From NCBI GenBank assembly GCA_013152275.1, contig JAADGS010000030.1:62001-108438 (forward strand): DNA of 46,438 nt, given 5' to 3'. The stretch comes from Actinomycetota bacterium (GTDB lineage: Bacteria > Actinomycetota > Acidimicrobiia > Spongiisociales > UBA4744). The position numbers were made by a program, and so were the translations under genes. Positions within the stretch are counted from its first letter, which is position 1. The number at the start of each line of letters is the position of its first letter. Of this stretch, positions 27,712 through 37,645 are shown in pieces. A model generated the notes under the pieces. The model worked only from the letters and a program-made list of their open reading frames with translations. It was not told where the DNA came from and did no database searches.

Positions 27712-29175
27712 ATGAAACGATTGAGAAGTGCACTGCTGATATTGGTGGTGTTCTCGATGATTGCCGTTGCATGCGGAACATCCGGAGAGGTCACGCCGGA
27801 GACTGTGACGGTTACCGTCCAGGTTCCTGGGGAGACGGTCACGTCGATCGTCACCGAGACCAAGACCGTCGAGGTCGAGACACCGACGATCACGTTCTGG
27901 AGCACCGAGACACAGCCGGCTCGCGTCAAGATCACCCAGGGCATCATCGACCGCTTCACGGCAGCGACAGGTATCAACGTCATCCCCGTGTACGTGGATG
28001 AGAATGCGCTCCCCGAGACGATGGTGGCGGCAGCGGCGAGCGGGACACTCCCTGACGTCGTGTTCCACCCGATCGACTTCACCGTCGGATGGGCGGAACA
28101 AGGGTTGCTCGACATGGACGCGGCGGCCGAGGTCGTCAAGGACCTTGGCGCGGATACGTTCGCTCAAGGAGCGCTCAACATGGCCACGGTCAACGGCACG
28201 GTGGCGGCGGTTCCGTCCGACGGCTGGGGCCAGCTGCTGATCTACCGCCAGGACCTGTTCGATGCAAACGGTCTGGACCGTCCGGACACGTTCCAGAAGA
28301 TCCAACTGGCCGCCAAGACACTCAATGATCCGGGGAACAACTTCTTCGGTATCACGGCATCGACCGATGCCGGAGCGGTGTTCACGCAGCAGACGTTCGA
28401 GCACTTCGCGCTGGCGAACAACTGTCAGCTCACCGACGATGCCGGCAACGTCACACTCGACACACCCGAATGCATCGAGGCGATCCGCTTCTACACCAAC
28501 CTGCTGAAGAACTACAGCCCAGGCGGCACCCAGGACGTGGTGACGACTCGGGCGACGTACTTCGCGGGCCAGGCAGCGATGATCGTGTGGTCGCCATTCA
28601 TCATGGATGAGATGGCGGGTCTGCGCGACTCGGCGTTCCCGACCTGCCCCGAATGTGTGAACGATCCGGCCTATCTGGCAAAGAACTCGGGATTCGTCCC
28701 GGCGTTCGCCGGACCGAACGGCTCACCTGCCCAGTACGGACAGATCTCCTACCTGGGAATCGGCACGGGCTCGAATACCGAGGCCGCGAAGAAGTTCATC
28801 GAATTCTGGCTGGGCGACGGCTATCTCGACTGGCTCTCCACCTCGGTGGAAGGCAAGTTCCCGATGCGCCGCGGCACGCCCGACGATCCGACGAAGTTCA
28901 TCGACGGGTGGAAGGCCCTCAAGACCGGTGTCGATCGGAAGGCACCCTTGAGCGACTTCTACAGCCCAGAGGTCATCAACGAGCTGATCGCAGGTGCCGA
29001 CAACTTCCAGCGCTGGGGATTCCTCCAGGGACAGGGACAGTTGGTCACCGCGATCTACACGTCACTGCCGGTTCCGAAGGCGATCAGGGACGTTCTCGAC
29101 GGAACGCTCACGCCCGAGACGGCGGCAGCCGACCTACAAGCCGAAGTCGAGCAGGAACTCGAACTGCTCAAATAG
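27712..29175 (+). CDS. Carbohydrate ABC transporter substrate-binding lipoprotein
   Basis: AGGAGG RBS, lipobox IAVAC, Thr/Val-rich tether, GTLPDV, AVPSDGWGQLLIYRQDLF. Confidence 0.92.
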   Translation: MKRLRSALLILVVFSMIAVACGTSGEVTPETVTVTVQVPGETVTSIVTETKTVEVETPTITFWSTETQPARVKITQGIIDRFTAATGINVIPVYVDENALPETMVAAAASGTLPDVVFHPIDFTVGWAEQGLLDMDAAAEVVKDLGADTFAQGALNMATVNGTVAAVPSDGWGQLLIYRQDLFDANGLDRPDTFQKIQLAAKTLNDPGNNFFGITASTDAGAVFTQQTFEHFALANNCQLTDDAGNVTLDTPECIEAIRFYTNLLKNYSPGGTQDVVTTRATYFAGQAAMIVWSPFIMDEMAGLRDSAFPTCPECVNDPAYLAKNSGFVPAFAGPNGSPAQYGQISYLGIGTGSNTEAAKKFIEFWLGDGYLDWLSTSVEGKFPMRRGTPDDPTKFIDGWKALKTGVDRKAPLSDFYSPEVINELIAGADNFQRWGFLQGQGQLVTAIYTSLPVPKAIRDVLDGTLTPETAAADLQAEVEQELELLK

Positions 29176-29181
29176 CCCACC

Positions 29182-29211
29182 AGGAGGGGGACGCGATGGC
29201 GTCCCCCTCCT
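29182..29211 (+). other. Intercistronic stem-loop after the SBP gene
   Basis: AGGAGGGGGACGC-GATG-GCGTCCCCCTCCT, perfect 13-bp stem; typical position for differential mRNA stabilisation in ABC operons. Confidence 0.7.
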
Positions 29212-29223
29212 CTTGGAGTTCGC

Positions 29224-30183
29224 ATGGCAGCTCCCACATCAGCACCACCCAGAAAGCGAAAAACCCTCGCAAGGCGCGAGGCGCGTCTCGCCTGGATCTT
29301 CGTCCTCCCCGCGGCGGTCATCGTGCTCGGGCTCGTTCTCTTCCCGATCATCTGGAACGTCTCACTGAGTTTTCAGCGGCTGCGGCTGATCGACCTCCAA
29401 CACATCAACTTCTTTCGCTTCGAGGGGACCCTGAGGAACTTCAAAGCCGTCGTCGGGGTGCGGGACTTCTGGCAGACCATCTGGACGACCCTCGAGTACA
29501 CGGTGTTCGGCACGGTCCTGTCGATGGTCATGGGCCTGTGGGCGGCGCTCGTCGTCCGCAAGTCGTTCCGGGGCCGCTCGCTGGTACGGGGACTCATGCT
29601 GTTCCCGTATGTCACACCGGTGATCGCCGCCGCTTTCGTCTGGCAGCTCATGCTGAACCAGACGTTCGGGATCGCCAACGAGTGGATCGCCGCGGCGGGC
29701 GGGCAACGCATCGACTTCCTGGGCACCCGCTTCTACGAGCTCTCCCTGTTCGGAGCCCACCTCAAGGTGCCGCTCGCGCTCACGATGGTGATCCTGTTCG
29801 AAGGCTGGCGGTACTTCCCGTTCGCCTTCCTGTTCATCCTTGCCCGCCTCCAGGCGATTCCTTCGGAACTCGACGAGGCGGCGATGGTCGACGGCGCCAC
29901 CCTCAGCCAGCGATTCTGGTACGTGACCCTCCCTCAGCTCCGAGGGGTCTTCTCGGTGCTGTTTCTTCTCCGTTTCATCTGGACGTTCAACAAGTTCGAC
30001 GACATCTTCCTGCTCACCGGCGGGGCTGCCGGCACGCAGGTCATCACCGTCAAGATCATCGAATGGCTGCGGGGACGTGGCGACATCGGTGCGGCGGCCG
30101 CGCTGGGACTCGTTCTTGCCGCGATCCTCATGGTGCTGTTGTTCGTCTACTTCAAGTGGTTCTACCAGGAGGATGAGGCATGA
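29224..30183 (+). CDS. Carbohydrate ABC transporter permease (MalF-type)
   Basis: TMs plus EAA loop LQAIPSELDEAAMVDGA...VTLP. Confidence 0.95.
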   Translation: MAAPTSAPPRKRKTLARREARLAWIFVLPAAVIVLGLVLFPIIWNVSLSFQRLRLIDLQHINFFRFEGTLRNFKAVVGVRDFWQTIWTTLEYTVFGTVLSMVMGLWAALVVRKSFRGRSLVRGLMLFPYVTPVIAAAFVWQLMLNQTFGIANEWIAAAGGQRIDFLGTRFYELSLFGAHLKVPLALTMVILFEGWRYFPFAFLFILARLQAIPSELDEAAMVDGATLSQRFWYVTLPQLRGVFSVLFLLRFIWTFNKFDDIFLLTGGAAGTQVITVKIIEWLRGRGDIGAAAALGLVLAAILMVLLFVYFKWFYQEDEA

Positions 30184-31046
30184 GCCGCGCCGTCTTCGAA
30201 GAACGTCTCTTCGCCGTCCTCAAGTGGCTGAGCATCGTCTTCTTCGTCGTCATCACGCTCTTCCCGCTCATCTACATGTTCGGCCTGTCATTCCGGTCGA
30301 TCCAGGAGCTGCTTCTCCACCCGGCTCGGCTGTTCCCCCCGTGGGAGCAGATCAAGAGCCTCGTCACCTACAAGGAGGTGCTCGGCTCGGGACTGACGGG
30401 AGGCCAAGGATTCGGCGTGTTCGTGAAGAACAGTGCGATCGTCAGCGTGGCCACCGTGATCGTCACCACCACCCTTGCGATCTTCGCCGCCTACGCCGCC
30501 GCCCGCATGCGTTTCTCCGGCAAGAAGGCGATCAGCTGGGGGATCCTGCTCGTCTACCTGTTCCCCGCAGTCGTGATCGCCATCCCGCTGTTCGTACTGT
30601 TCTCGAAAGTCGGGCTGCGTTCGTCGCTGACGGGCCTGGTCATCGTCTATCTGGCACAGACGATTCCGGTTGCCCTCTACATGCTGAGAAGCCACTTCGA
30701 GACGATCCCGGCGTCGCTGGAAGAGGCCGGCCTCATCGACGGCCTCTCACGCTTCGGGGTCATCCGCAAGATCACGCTGCCGCTGTCGGCGCCCGCGATC
30801 GCCGCCGTTGCGCTCTACATCTTCATGATCGCCTGGAACGAGTTCCTCTTCGCCCTGCTGTTCCTCATCGAACGGCGTGACCTGTGGACGGTCGCACTGG
30901 GTCTCCAGCAGATGAACACCGTGGAGGTTCCCAAGACCCTGCTCATGGCCGGGTCGGTGATCGTCACCCTTCCGGTCATCATCCTGTTCTTCGCTGCCGA
31001 ACGATTCCTCACCGAGGGCCTCACCGCCGGAGGCGTCAAGGGGTGA
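30180..31046 (+). CDS. Carbohydrate ABC transporter permease (MalG-type)
   Basis: IPASLEEAGLIDG, AWNEFLFA, C-terminal GLTAGGVKG. Confidence 0.95.
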   Translation: MSRAVFEERLFAVLKWLSIVFFVVITLFPLIYMFGLSFRSIQELLLHPARLFPPWEQIKSLVTYKEVLGSGLTGGQGFGVFVKNSAIVSVATVIVTTTLAIFAAYAAARMRFSGKKAISWGILLVYLFPAVVIAIPLFVLFSKVGLRSSLTGLVIVYLAQTIPVALYMLRSHFETIPASLEEAGLIDGLSRFGVIRKITLPLSAPAIAAVALYIFMIAWNEFLFALLFLIERRDLWTVALGLQQMNTVEVPKTLLMAGSVIVTLPVIILFFAAERFLTEGLTAGGVKG

Positions 31047-32245
31047 TCATCGGCATGGTCTCCACCAGGTTCGCCGGTCTCGACGGCGTCACCTTGGAGA
31101 CGGCCAAGGTCGCCCATGTGCTCGAAGAGGCCGGCCATCAGATCGCATGGTTCGCCGGGAAACTCGGACCGCAGTACCGACCTGGCACCGAGTACCCGCC
31201 GGCGTTCTTCGGCACCGACCAGAACCGGGATCTCCAGCGCCGCAGCTTCGGCCGGGACACACGGCCTGCCGGGACCATCGAGCAGATACGAGCCGAGGCA
31301 GCCGCCATCAACCGGGCACTGCACACGTTCGTCGGCGACTTCGGCGTGGACGTGCTCATGCCTCAGAACGCCCTTTCGATCCCGATGCACCTGCCTCTCG
31401 GCGTCGGCATCACCGACTTCACCCTCGAATCGTCCATCCCCTCCATCTCCCACCATCACGACTTCTTCTGGGAACGCACCAGGTTCTGGCCGAACGCCGT
31501 CCAGGACATCCTGTACGGGGCGTTTCCGCCTCCAGCTCCCAGGATGCAGCACATCGTCATCAATTCGTTCGCCCGCGAGGAATTCGCCCGCAGGCGTGCC
31601 ATCGCCGCGACGCTGCTGCCCAACGTGATGGACTTCGAGCACCCGCCGGGACAGGCCGACCCGACCAGATTCCGTGCCGAAGCCGGCCTCCGAACCGGAG
31701 ACCTGATCTTGCTCCAGTCGACGAGGCGGATTCCTCGCAAGAACATCGAGCTGACCCTCCAGCTCGCCCACCAGCTGGCGGACCCACACGTCAAGGTGGT
31801 CGTGACCCATCCCGAACACGACCAGGAAGGCGACTACTGGGGCTTCCTGTGCGACCGGGCGGAACGCCTACAGGTGGACCTCCGGTTCGTGCCGACGGGC
31901 GAACCGGGTCGACCCACGCTCGAAGAGGCGTACGCTGCAGCCGACCTCGTCACGTTCCCAAGTCGTATCGAAGGCTTCGGCAACGCGCTGCTCGAAGCCG
32001 TCTACTACCGCCGCCCCGTGTTCGTGAACCGCTATCCCGTGTACGTTCGAGACATCGCACCGACCGGCATCGAGTGCATAGAGGTCGACGGCCGGCTCAG
32101 CAGCAGTGCAGTCAAGCAAGTCGCCGCATGGCTCGAAGAACCTGAAGCCTGGGCCGAGATCGTGGAACGCAACTACGAGATCGGTCTTCAGAACTTCTCG
32201 TACAAGGTGCTGCGGCGCCGGCTGCTCCCCATGCTCGCCGAGTGA
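31043..32245 (+). CDS. GT4 glycosyltransferase, mannosylglucosylglycerate synthase (MggS)-like
   Basis: GTG overlaps the permease stop; STRFAGLDGVTLE, HHHDFFWER, TRRIPRKNIE, PSRIEGFGNALLEA. Confidence 0.8.
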   Translation: MIIGMVSTRFAGLDGVTLETAKVAHVLEEAGHQIAWFAGKLGPQYRPGTEYPPAFFGTDQNRDLQRRSFGRDTRPAGTIEQIRAEAAAINRALHTFVGDFGVDVLMPQNALSIPMHLPLGVGITDFTLESSIPSISHHHDFFWERTRFWPNAVQDILYGAFPPPAPRMQHIVINSFAREEFARRRAIAATLLPNVMDFEHPPGQADPTRFRAEAGLRTGDLILLQSTRRIPRKNIELTLQLAHQLADPHVKVVVTHPEHDQEGDYWGFLCDRAERLQVDLRFVPTGEPGRPTLEEAYAAADLVTFPSRIEGFGNALLEAVYYRRPVFVNRYPVYVRDIAPTGIECIEVDGRLSSSAVKQVAAWLEEPEAWAEIVERNYEIGLQNFSYKVLRRRLLPMLAE

Positions 32246-32453
32246 CCGCCGTCTCGCCGGCCGTGTCCCGGGCAGCGAAGCGGCCTGCGCGCACACGTGT
32301 CGTATCCCGGCAGGGTGAGGGGATGGCACCGGCGTCGGTCACTGCGATCGTGTGCGTGGCACCGGGTGACGTCCGGGTCGTGCCATGCACGTGAACGACC
32401 GAGGAGCCGAGGATCCTTGCCACCGACGCTCGATCTCCCCGTACACTGGCTCC

Positions 32454-33581
32454 ATGGATCTGGCTTCCTATCGGAACCGGTTCCCCGTGCTCGAGAACGC
32501 TGCATACCTTGTCAGCCATTCGCTTGGAGCGATGCCTCTCGACGCCAAGGAGGAACTGGAGCTCTACATGAACGAGTGGGCGACACGTGGGGTCGGCGCG
32601 TGGAACGAAGGATGGTGGGACACGCCGCTGAGCGTCGGTGACGAACTGGCCCCGATCGTCGGCGCGCCGCCCGGTTCGATCGCGATGGTCCCGAACGTGA
32701 CCGTCGCCGAGTCGATTGCGGCTTCCTGCTTCACGTTGCACGGTGAAGCCAACCGGATCGCGTGCACGGATCTGAGCTTTCCCTCCGTTCGGCTGATCTG
32801 GGAGAGAGTCCCAGGCGCAAAGGTGACCACGGTCCGCAGTTGGGACGGGACGACGATCCCGACGGAGACGTTCGTCGCGGCGATCGACGAGCGCACCGCC
32901 GTCGTGGTCGTCGGTCACATTCTCTTTCCCAGCTCGTACCTGCAGAATGCCAAGGCAATCATCGAGCAGGCCCATGACGTTGGCGCCATGGTGGTCCTCG
33001 ACGTGTACCAGTCCGCAGGAGTGATGCCGATCGATCTCGTCGACTTGGAAGTTGACTTCGCCGTCGGCGGCTCTGCGAAATGGCTCTGTGGAGGCCTCGG
33101 TGCCGGCTGGCTGTACGTCCGCAAGGAGCTGCAACCGAGCCTCGAACCCAGATTGGTCGCATGGCCAGGTGCTCGTTCCCCGTTCGACGTCCACACACAA
33201 GAGGTGGCGTCGCAGGACGGCATGTGGCGCTTCGTGTCCGGCACCCCGAACGTGCCGGCGCTCTACACGGCGAGGGCAGGCTATCGAATCATCAGGGAGG
33301 CTGGAGCGGCAGCGATCCGTGACGACTCGCTCCGCATGACCGGCAAGCTCATCGAGATCGGTGACCGGCTTGGGATTCCCCTCCTCACGAACCGTGACCC
33401 GAACCGGCGCGGGGGCACGGTGACGTTCGCCGTCGAGGATGCCCAGCGAGTCGCCGCCCGCCTGGCCGAGCAGCACGTCATCGTCGAGGCCGTGCCGGAT
33501 GTCGGCATCAGCGTCGGACCTCACTTCTACAACAACGAAGAGGACCTCGACCGCTTCGAGACGGCCCTCCGGCACGCCTGA
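32454..33581 (+). CDS. Class V PLP-dependent enzyme (kynureninase-like)
   Basis: YLVSHSLGAMP, LDVYQSAG, GGSAKWLCGG, GTP. TACACT lies 6 nt before the ATG. Confidence 0.85.
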   Translation: MDLASYRNRFPVLENAAYLVSHSLGAMPLDAKEELELYMNEWATRGVGAWNEGWWDTPLSVGDELAPIVGAPPGSIAMVPNVTVAESIAASCFTLHGEANRIACTDLSFPSVRLIWERVPGAKVTTVRSWDGTTIPTETFVAAIDERTAVVVVGHILFPSSYLQNAKAIIEQAHDVGAMVVLDVYQSAGVMPIDLVDLEVDFAVGGSAKWLCGGLGAGWLYVRKELQPSLEPRLVAWPGARSPFDVHTQEVASQDGMWRFVSGTPNVPALYTARAGYRIIREAGAAAIRDDSLRMTGKLIEIGDRLGIPLLTNRDPNRRGGTVTFAVEDAQRVAARLAEQHVIVEAVPDVGISVGPHFYNNEEDLDRFETALRHA

Positions 33582-33676
33582 GTTTGCACCGCGAGTGCTC
33601 TCGACGGTGACGGGTCCCATCCCGGCCTTCGTGGGACCAGGCGCTCGTCCGTAGAATCCAGCCTCGAGGAGGACCT

Positions 33677-36040
33677 ATGGGCACCGGAGAGCTGTACCTC
33701 GGCGGAGTGATCGACCCGACCACCGGCAAACACGACCCGGCGGAACCGGTCCTGTACGAAAGCCGGCGCCTCACCACCCACGGCGTGATCGTCGGAATGA
33801 CAGGATCGGGCAAGACCGGTCTCGGGATCATCACCCTCGAGGAGGCGCTGCTGTCCGGCATCCCGGTGCTGGCCATCGACCCCAAAGGCGACATCGGCAA
33901 CCTCCTACTGACGTTTCCCAGGCTCGATGCGCACGACTTCCGCCCATGGATCGACGAGGGCGAGGCGCATCGTGCGGGTGAAGATGCCGACACATTCGCC
34001 GCAGGCGTCGCGAACCTGTGGAAGAGCGGGCTCGCCGACTGGGGCATCGACGGCGATCGCATCGCACGGCTGAAGGAGACCGCAAGATTCACGATCTACA
34101 CGCCCGGATCGCAGGCCGGTGTCCCCCTGAACATCGTCGGATCACTGGTGGCACCCGACATCGACTGGTCGACCGACGCAGAGACCGGTCGTGACGAGAT
34201 CGAAGCGTTCGTGTCGTCGCTGCTCGTGCTCGCCGGAATCGAGGCCGACCCGATTTCGACAGAGCACATCCTGTTGTCCAATCTGATCGAGATATCGTGG
34301 CAGGCGGGTCGGAGTCTGGATCTCGAATCGCTCATCGCCCAGGTGCAAAACCCGCCACTGCGCAAACTCGGCGTGTTCGACATCGACACGTTCTTCCCGC
34401 CCAAGGATCGCACGAAACTGGCGATGCGACTGAACGGGCTGATCGCGTCGCCGTCGTTCGTATCGTGGACCCAGGGCGTACCGCTGGACCCGCAGACCCT
34501 GCTCTACACGCCGGAGGGCGCGCCGAGAGCCGCCATCATCTACCTGCAACACCTCGGCGATCAGGAACGCCAGTTCGTCGTGACGTTGCTGCTCTCCAAG
34601 ATGGTGACATGGATCCGCCGCCGACCCGGAACCTCGGATCTGAGAGCCCTCATCTACATGGATGAAGTCTTCGGCTTCGCTCCCCCAACGGCCGAACCGC
34701 CCTCCAAGAAGCCGATTCTGACCATCCTGAAACAAGCCCGCGCCCACGGCGTCGGAATGCTCCTGTCGACGCAGAACCCCGTCGATCTCGACTACAAGGC
34801 AATGTCCAACGCCGGCACGTGGATGATCGGACGCCTGCAGACCCAGCGGGACAAGGCCCGCATCCTCGAAGGACTCGAGTCGTCCTCGGGAGCCGTCGAT
34901 ATCGACCACTTCGACGACCTCATCGGCGACCTCGAAGAACGCCAGTTCGTGCTCCACAGCACGCAGGAGCAGCAACCCACCCTGTTCGGCACCAGATGGG
35001 CGATGTCATATCTGCGCGGTCCGCTCACAAAAGAGGACCTCATGAAGCTGACAGAGGACGCGCCGGAGCGACTCGTGGCGGAGATGTCCGCGCCTGAGCC
35101 GAACGCATTGGACGACGACGAGACCACCCTCGTTCCCCAGGTCCCGGATTCTGTTCCCACCTACTACCTCGACCCCGCAGCACCGTGGGCATCGGTGGTC
35201 GGCGCCATCCCCGGTGGAACCAGGTTCGAAGCGGCCGTCGTAGCGAGAGTGAATCTGCTCTATGACGATGCCCGTGCCGGCGTCGACCATCGTGAAGTCT
35301 GGGAAACGGTCCTCCACCCCGTCGGCGATCCCGTAGATCTCGACGGGGGACGCGCGGTCGACTACGACGATCGAGACTTCCGGCCCGACGCTCCCGAAGG
35401 GGCGACCTACACACTCCCCGACGCCCCGATCGGCACGGCGACGTTCTTCAGGAAGCTCGGAACCGACCTGAGGACGTGGCTCGTGGCGAACCAGCATGTC
35501 GAGGTCTTCAAGAACCCCGTGTTGAAGCTCTACGCACGCATCGGCGAGAGCCGGGACGATTTCGAGCGCCGCTGCGAGGCTGCCGCCGTGGATGGTGCCG
35601 ACATCGACATCGCGAAACTGAAGGACCGCTACAAGGTCAAGATCGATCGGGTACGAGACCAGCTCGCCACCGCCGATCGCCGGATCCGCGAGCTCGAGGC
35701 GGACACACAGGCCCTACGCGAGCAGGAGCTCATTGCCGGTGCAGGCGAGCTGCTATCGGTCTTTCTGGGCGGCAAGCGCGGATCACGAAGCCTCTCGGGA
35801 GTGGCTTCCCGCAGATCGCAGACGGTTCGAAAGAAAGAGCGCCTGCGCAGCGCGCAAGAGCGGTACTCGGACAAGGCGGCGGCGCTGGACGACCTGGAAG
35901 CCGAACTGGCCGAAGATGTCACCGAGATCATGGACAGGTGGAACGCTGCCGCCACGTCGATCGAGACCCTCACGATCGGTCTGGAGAAGACCGATGTCGC
36001 CGTCGACGAGATTGCGCTGGTGTGGATACCCGTTGCATGA
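33677..36040 (+). CDS. HerA/FtsK-like P-loop ATPase (DUF87/DUF853-like) with C-terminal coiled coil
   Basis: Walker A GMTGSGKT, IDPKGD, Walker B IYMDE, LKQARAHG..STQNPVDLDYK; GAGGAGG RBS. Confidence 0.88.
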   Translation: MGTGELYLGGVIDPTTGKHDPAEPVLYESRRLTTHGVIVGMTGSGKTGLGIITLEEALLSGIPVLAIDPKGDIGNLLLTFPRLDAHDFRPWIDEGEAHRAGEDADTFAAGVANLWKSGLADWGIDGDRIARLKETARFTIYTPGSQAGVPLNIVGSLVAPDIDWSTDAETGRDEIEAFVSSLLVLAGIEADPISTEHILLSNLIEISWQAGRSLDLESLIAQVQNPPLRKLGVFDIDTFFPPKDRTKLAMRLNGLIASPSFVSWTQGVPLDPQTLLYTPEGAPRAAIIYLQHLGDQERQFVVTLLLSKMVTWIRRRPGTSDLRALIYMDEVFGFAPPTAEPPSKKPILTILKQARAHGVGMLLSTQNPVDLDYKAMSNAGTWMIGRLQTQRDKARILEGLESSSGAVDIDHFDDLIGDLEERQFVLHSTQEQQPTLFGTRWAMSYLRGPLTKEDLMKLTEDAPERLVAEMSAPEPNALDDDETTLVPQVPDSVPTYYLDPAAPWASVVGAIPGGTRFEAAVVARVNLLYDDARAGVDHREVWETVLHPVGDPVDLDGGRAVDYDDRDFRPDAPEGATYTLPDAPIGTATFFRKLGTDLRTWLVANQHVEVFKNPVLKLYARIGESRDDFERRCEAAAVDGADIDIAKLKDRYKVKIDRVRDQLATADRRIRELEADTQALREQELIAGAGELLSVFLGGKRGSRSLSGVASRRSQTVRKKERLRSAQERYSDKAAALDDLEAELAEDVTEIMDRWNAAATSIETLTIGLEKTDVAVDEIALVWIPVA

Positions 36041-36096
36041 TTCTCTCGAGTGACGCCGACAGCCGGGACGCCGATCGGGCGTAGCGGCTCTTTCCT

Positions 36097-36474
36097 TCAG
36101 CTGTCTGATCCGAGGAGCGCCCACAGCACGTCGCGGATGCTCAGAATCCCGAGCAGTTCGCCGTCTTCCATCACGGGCAGATGACGGTATCCGGTCTCGA
36201 GCAGCCATCGGCCCGCCTCTGCGACCGAGACCTCGGGTGTGAACACATCCGGGTCGGTCGTCATCCAATCCTCGACGAGTTCCAGCGCCGGGTCTATGCC
36301 TTCGGCGGCGGCCCGCACGATATCGCGCTCTGTGATGATGCCGGCAAGCCGCCGTCCGTGTATGACACCGATCGAGCCGACGCGTGCAGCCAGCATCGCG
36401 GCCGACACGTCCTGCAGAGTGGTCTCGGGGCCGCAGACCTCTGCTCGACCACCGACCATCGCCCTCAGCTTCAA
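36097..36474 (-). CDS. CBS-domain pair protein
   Basis: TTG start after AGGAGG; GIITERDIV, RHLPV..GILSIRDV. Confidence 0.9.
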   Translation of the reverse strand: MKLRAMVGGRAEVCGPETTLQDVSAAMLAARVGSIGVIHGRRLAGIITERDIVRAAAEGIDPALELVEDWMTTDPDVFTPEVSVAEAGRWLLETGYRHLPVMEDGELLGILSIRDVLWALLGSDS

Positions 36475-36539
36475 CCGACACCTCCTGCTGCAGCAAGCGT
36501 AGCGGGAATGTGCAACGTGAGAATCTGGATCCGCGCCCT

Positions 36540-37502
36540 TCAGTCCTGCAATGCGGCCCGAAACCAGGGCAGTGTCCGCTCCAAACCTTCCTGAAGCGTG
36601 ATTGTCGGTATCCAACCCAGCTCCCGTGTCGCGAGATCGATCTGCGGACACCGAACGCCCGGATCGTCCTCCGGACGTGGTTGCAGGACGATACCGGGGT
36701 GCCGGCCGACGACGCTCTGGATCCTCTCGGCGAGGTCGAGCATCGTCACCTCCTCCGGCATTCCCAAGTTCACGGGCCCGATGACGTCCGCCAAGAGCAG
36801 CCTCATGATGCCCTCGATGAGATCGTCCACGTGGCAAAGTGATCGCGTCTGCATCCCGTCGCCGTGGACCGGGAGCTTCTCATCGCGCAGGGCGGCGGCA
36901 AAGAATGCCGGCACGGCTCGCCCGTCGGCCAGACGCATCCTCGGACCGTAGGTGTTGAAGATGCGAGCAATCCGGACATCGACGGCGTGCTGGCGGTGGT
37001 ATGCGAGCGTCATCGCTTCGGCGAACCGCTTCGCCTCGTCGTAGACACCCCTGAGGCCGACCGGGTTGACGTTTCCCCAATAGGACTCGGGCTGTGGATT
37101 CACGGCGGGATCGCCGTACACCTCGCTCGTCGATGCGAGGAGAAACCGCGCCTGCTTGGTCCTCGAGAGTCCCAACGCCTTGTGCGTCCCGAGAGATCCG
37201 ACCTTCAATGTCTGAATGGGCCAGCGCAGATAGTCCGCGGGTGATGCCGGTGAGGCGAAATGAATCACGAAGTCGACGTTGCCGGGAACGTGCAGGAAGT
37301 TCGTGATGTCGTAATAGAGGAATGTGAAGCCGCTCCGGCCGAACAAGTGCTCCACGTTCGTTTTGCGCCCTGTGATCAGATTGTCGACGACCGTGACCTT
37401 CGCCCCCTCCTCGATGAGCCGATCGCACAGGTGCGAACCGAGAAACCCTGCCCCGCCAAGCACAACGGCATGAGATCCGACGAAACGTTGGTCACTGTCC
37501 AT
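36540..37502 (-). CDS. UDP-glucuronate decarboxylase-like NAD-dependent epimerase/dehydratase
   Basis: [41 protein letters not shown]. Confidence 0.92.
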   Translation of the reverse strand: MDSDQRFVGSHAVVLGGAGFLGSHLCDRLIEEGAKVTVVDNLITGRKTNVEHLFGRSGFTFLYYDITNFLHVPGNVDFVIHFASPASPADYLRWPIQTLKVGSLGTHKALGLSRTKQARFLLASTSEVYGDPAVNPQPESYWGNVNPVGLRGVYDEAKRFAEAMTLAYHRQHAVDVRIARIFNTYGPRMRLADGRAVPAFFAAALRDEKLPVHGDGMQTRSLCHVDDLIEGIMRLLLADVIGPVNLGMPEEVTMLDLAERIQSVVGRHPGIVLQPRPEDDPGVRCPQIDLATRELGWIPTITLQEGLERTLPWFRAALQD

Positions 37503-37645
37503 CGCCTAGAACCTACCAGCCGAGCTGCCGGCGACGAGGCCCGTCCGCCGCCCAACGGTCTCGCATCGTTGCCACGTCGCGGCACGAAACACGCGAGTAC
37601 GCGCACCTGCGCCGATCTACCCGCCGGCACTCCCCGGCCGAGGCA

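Noticed and set aside
32246..32453. GC-rich intergenic stretch with partial inverted repeats (TGGCAC...GTGCCA)
   Set aside because: The pairing is short and interrupted, as expected by chance at this GC content, and there is no second copy in the window.
9721..36040. Macrodomain, LOG and HerA-like genes as an anti-phage defence island
   Set aside because: They are dispersed among housekeeping genes, with no toxin, nuclease, integrase or compositional shift seen.
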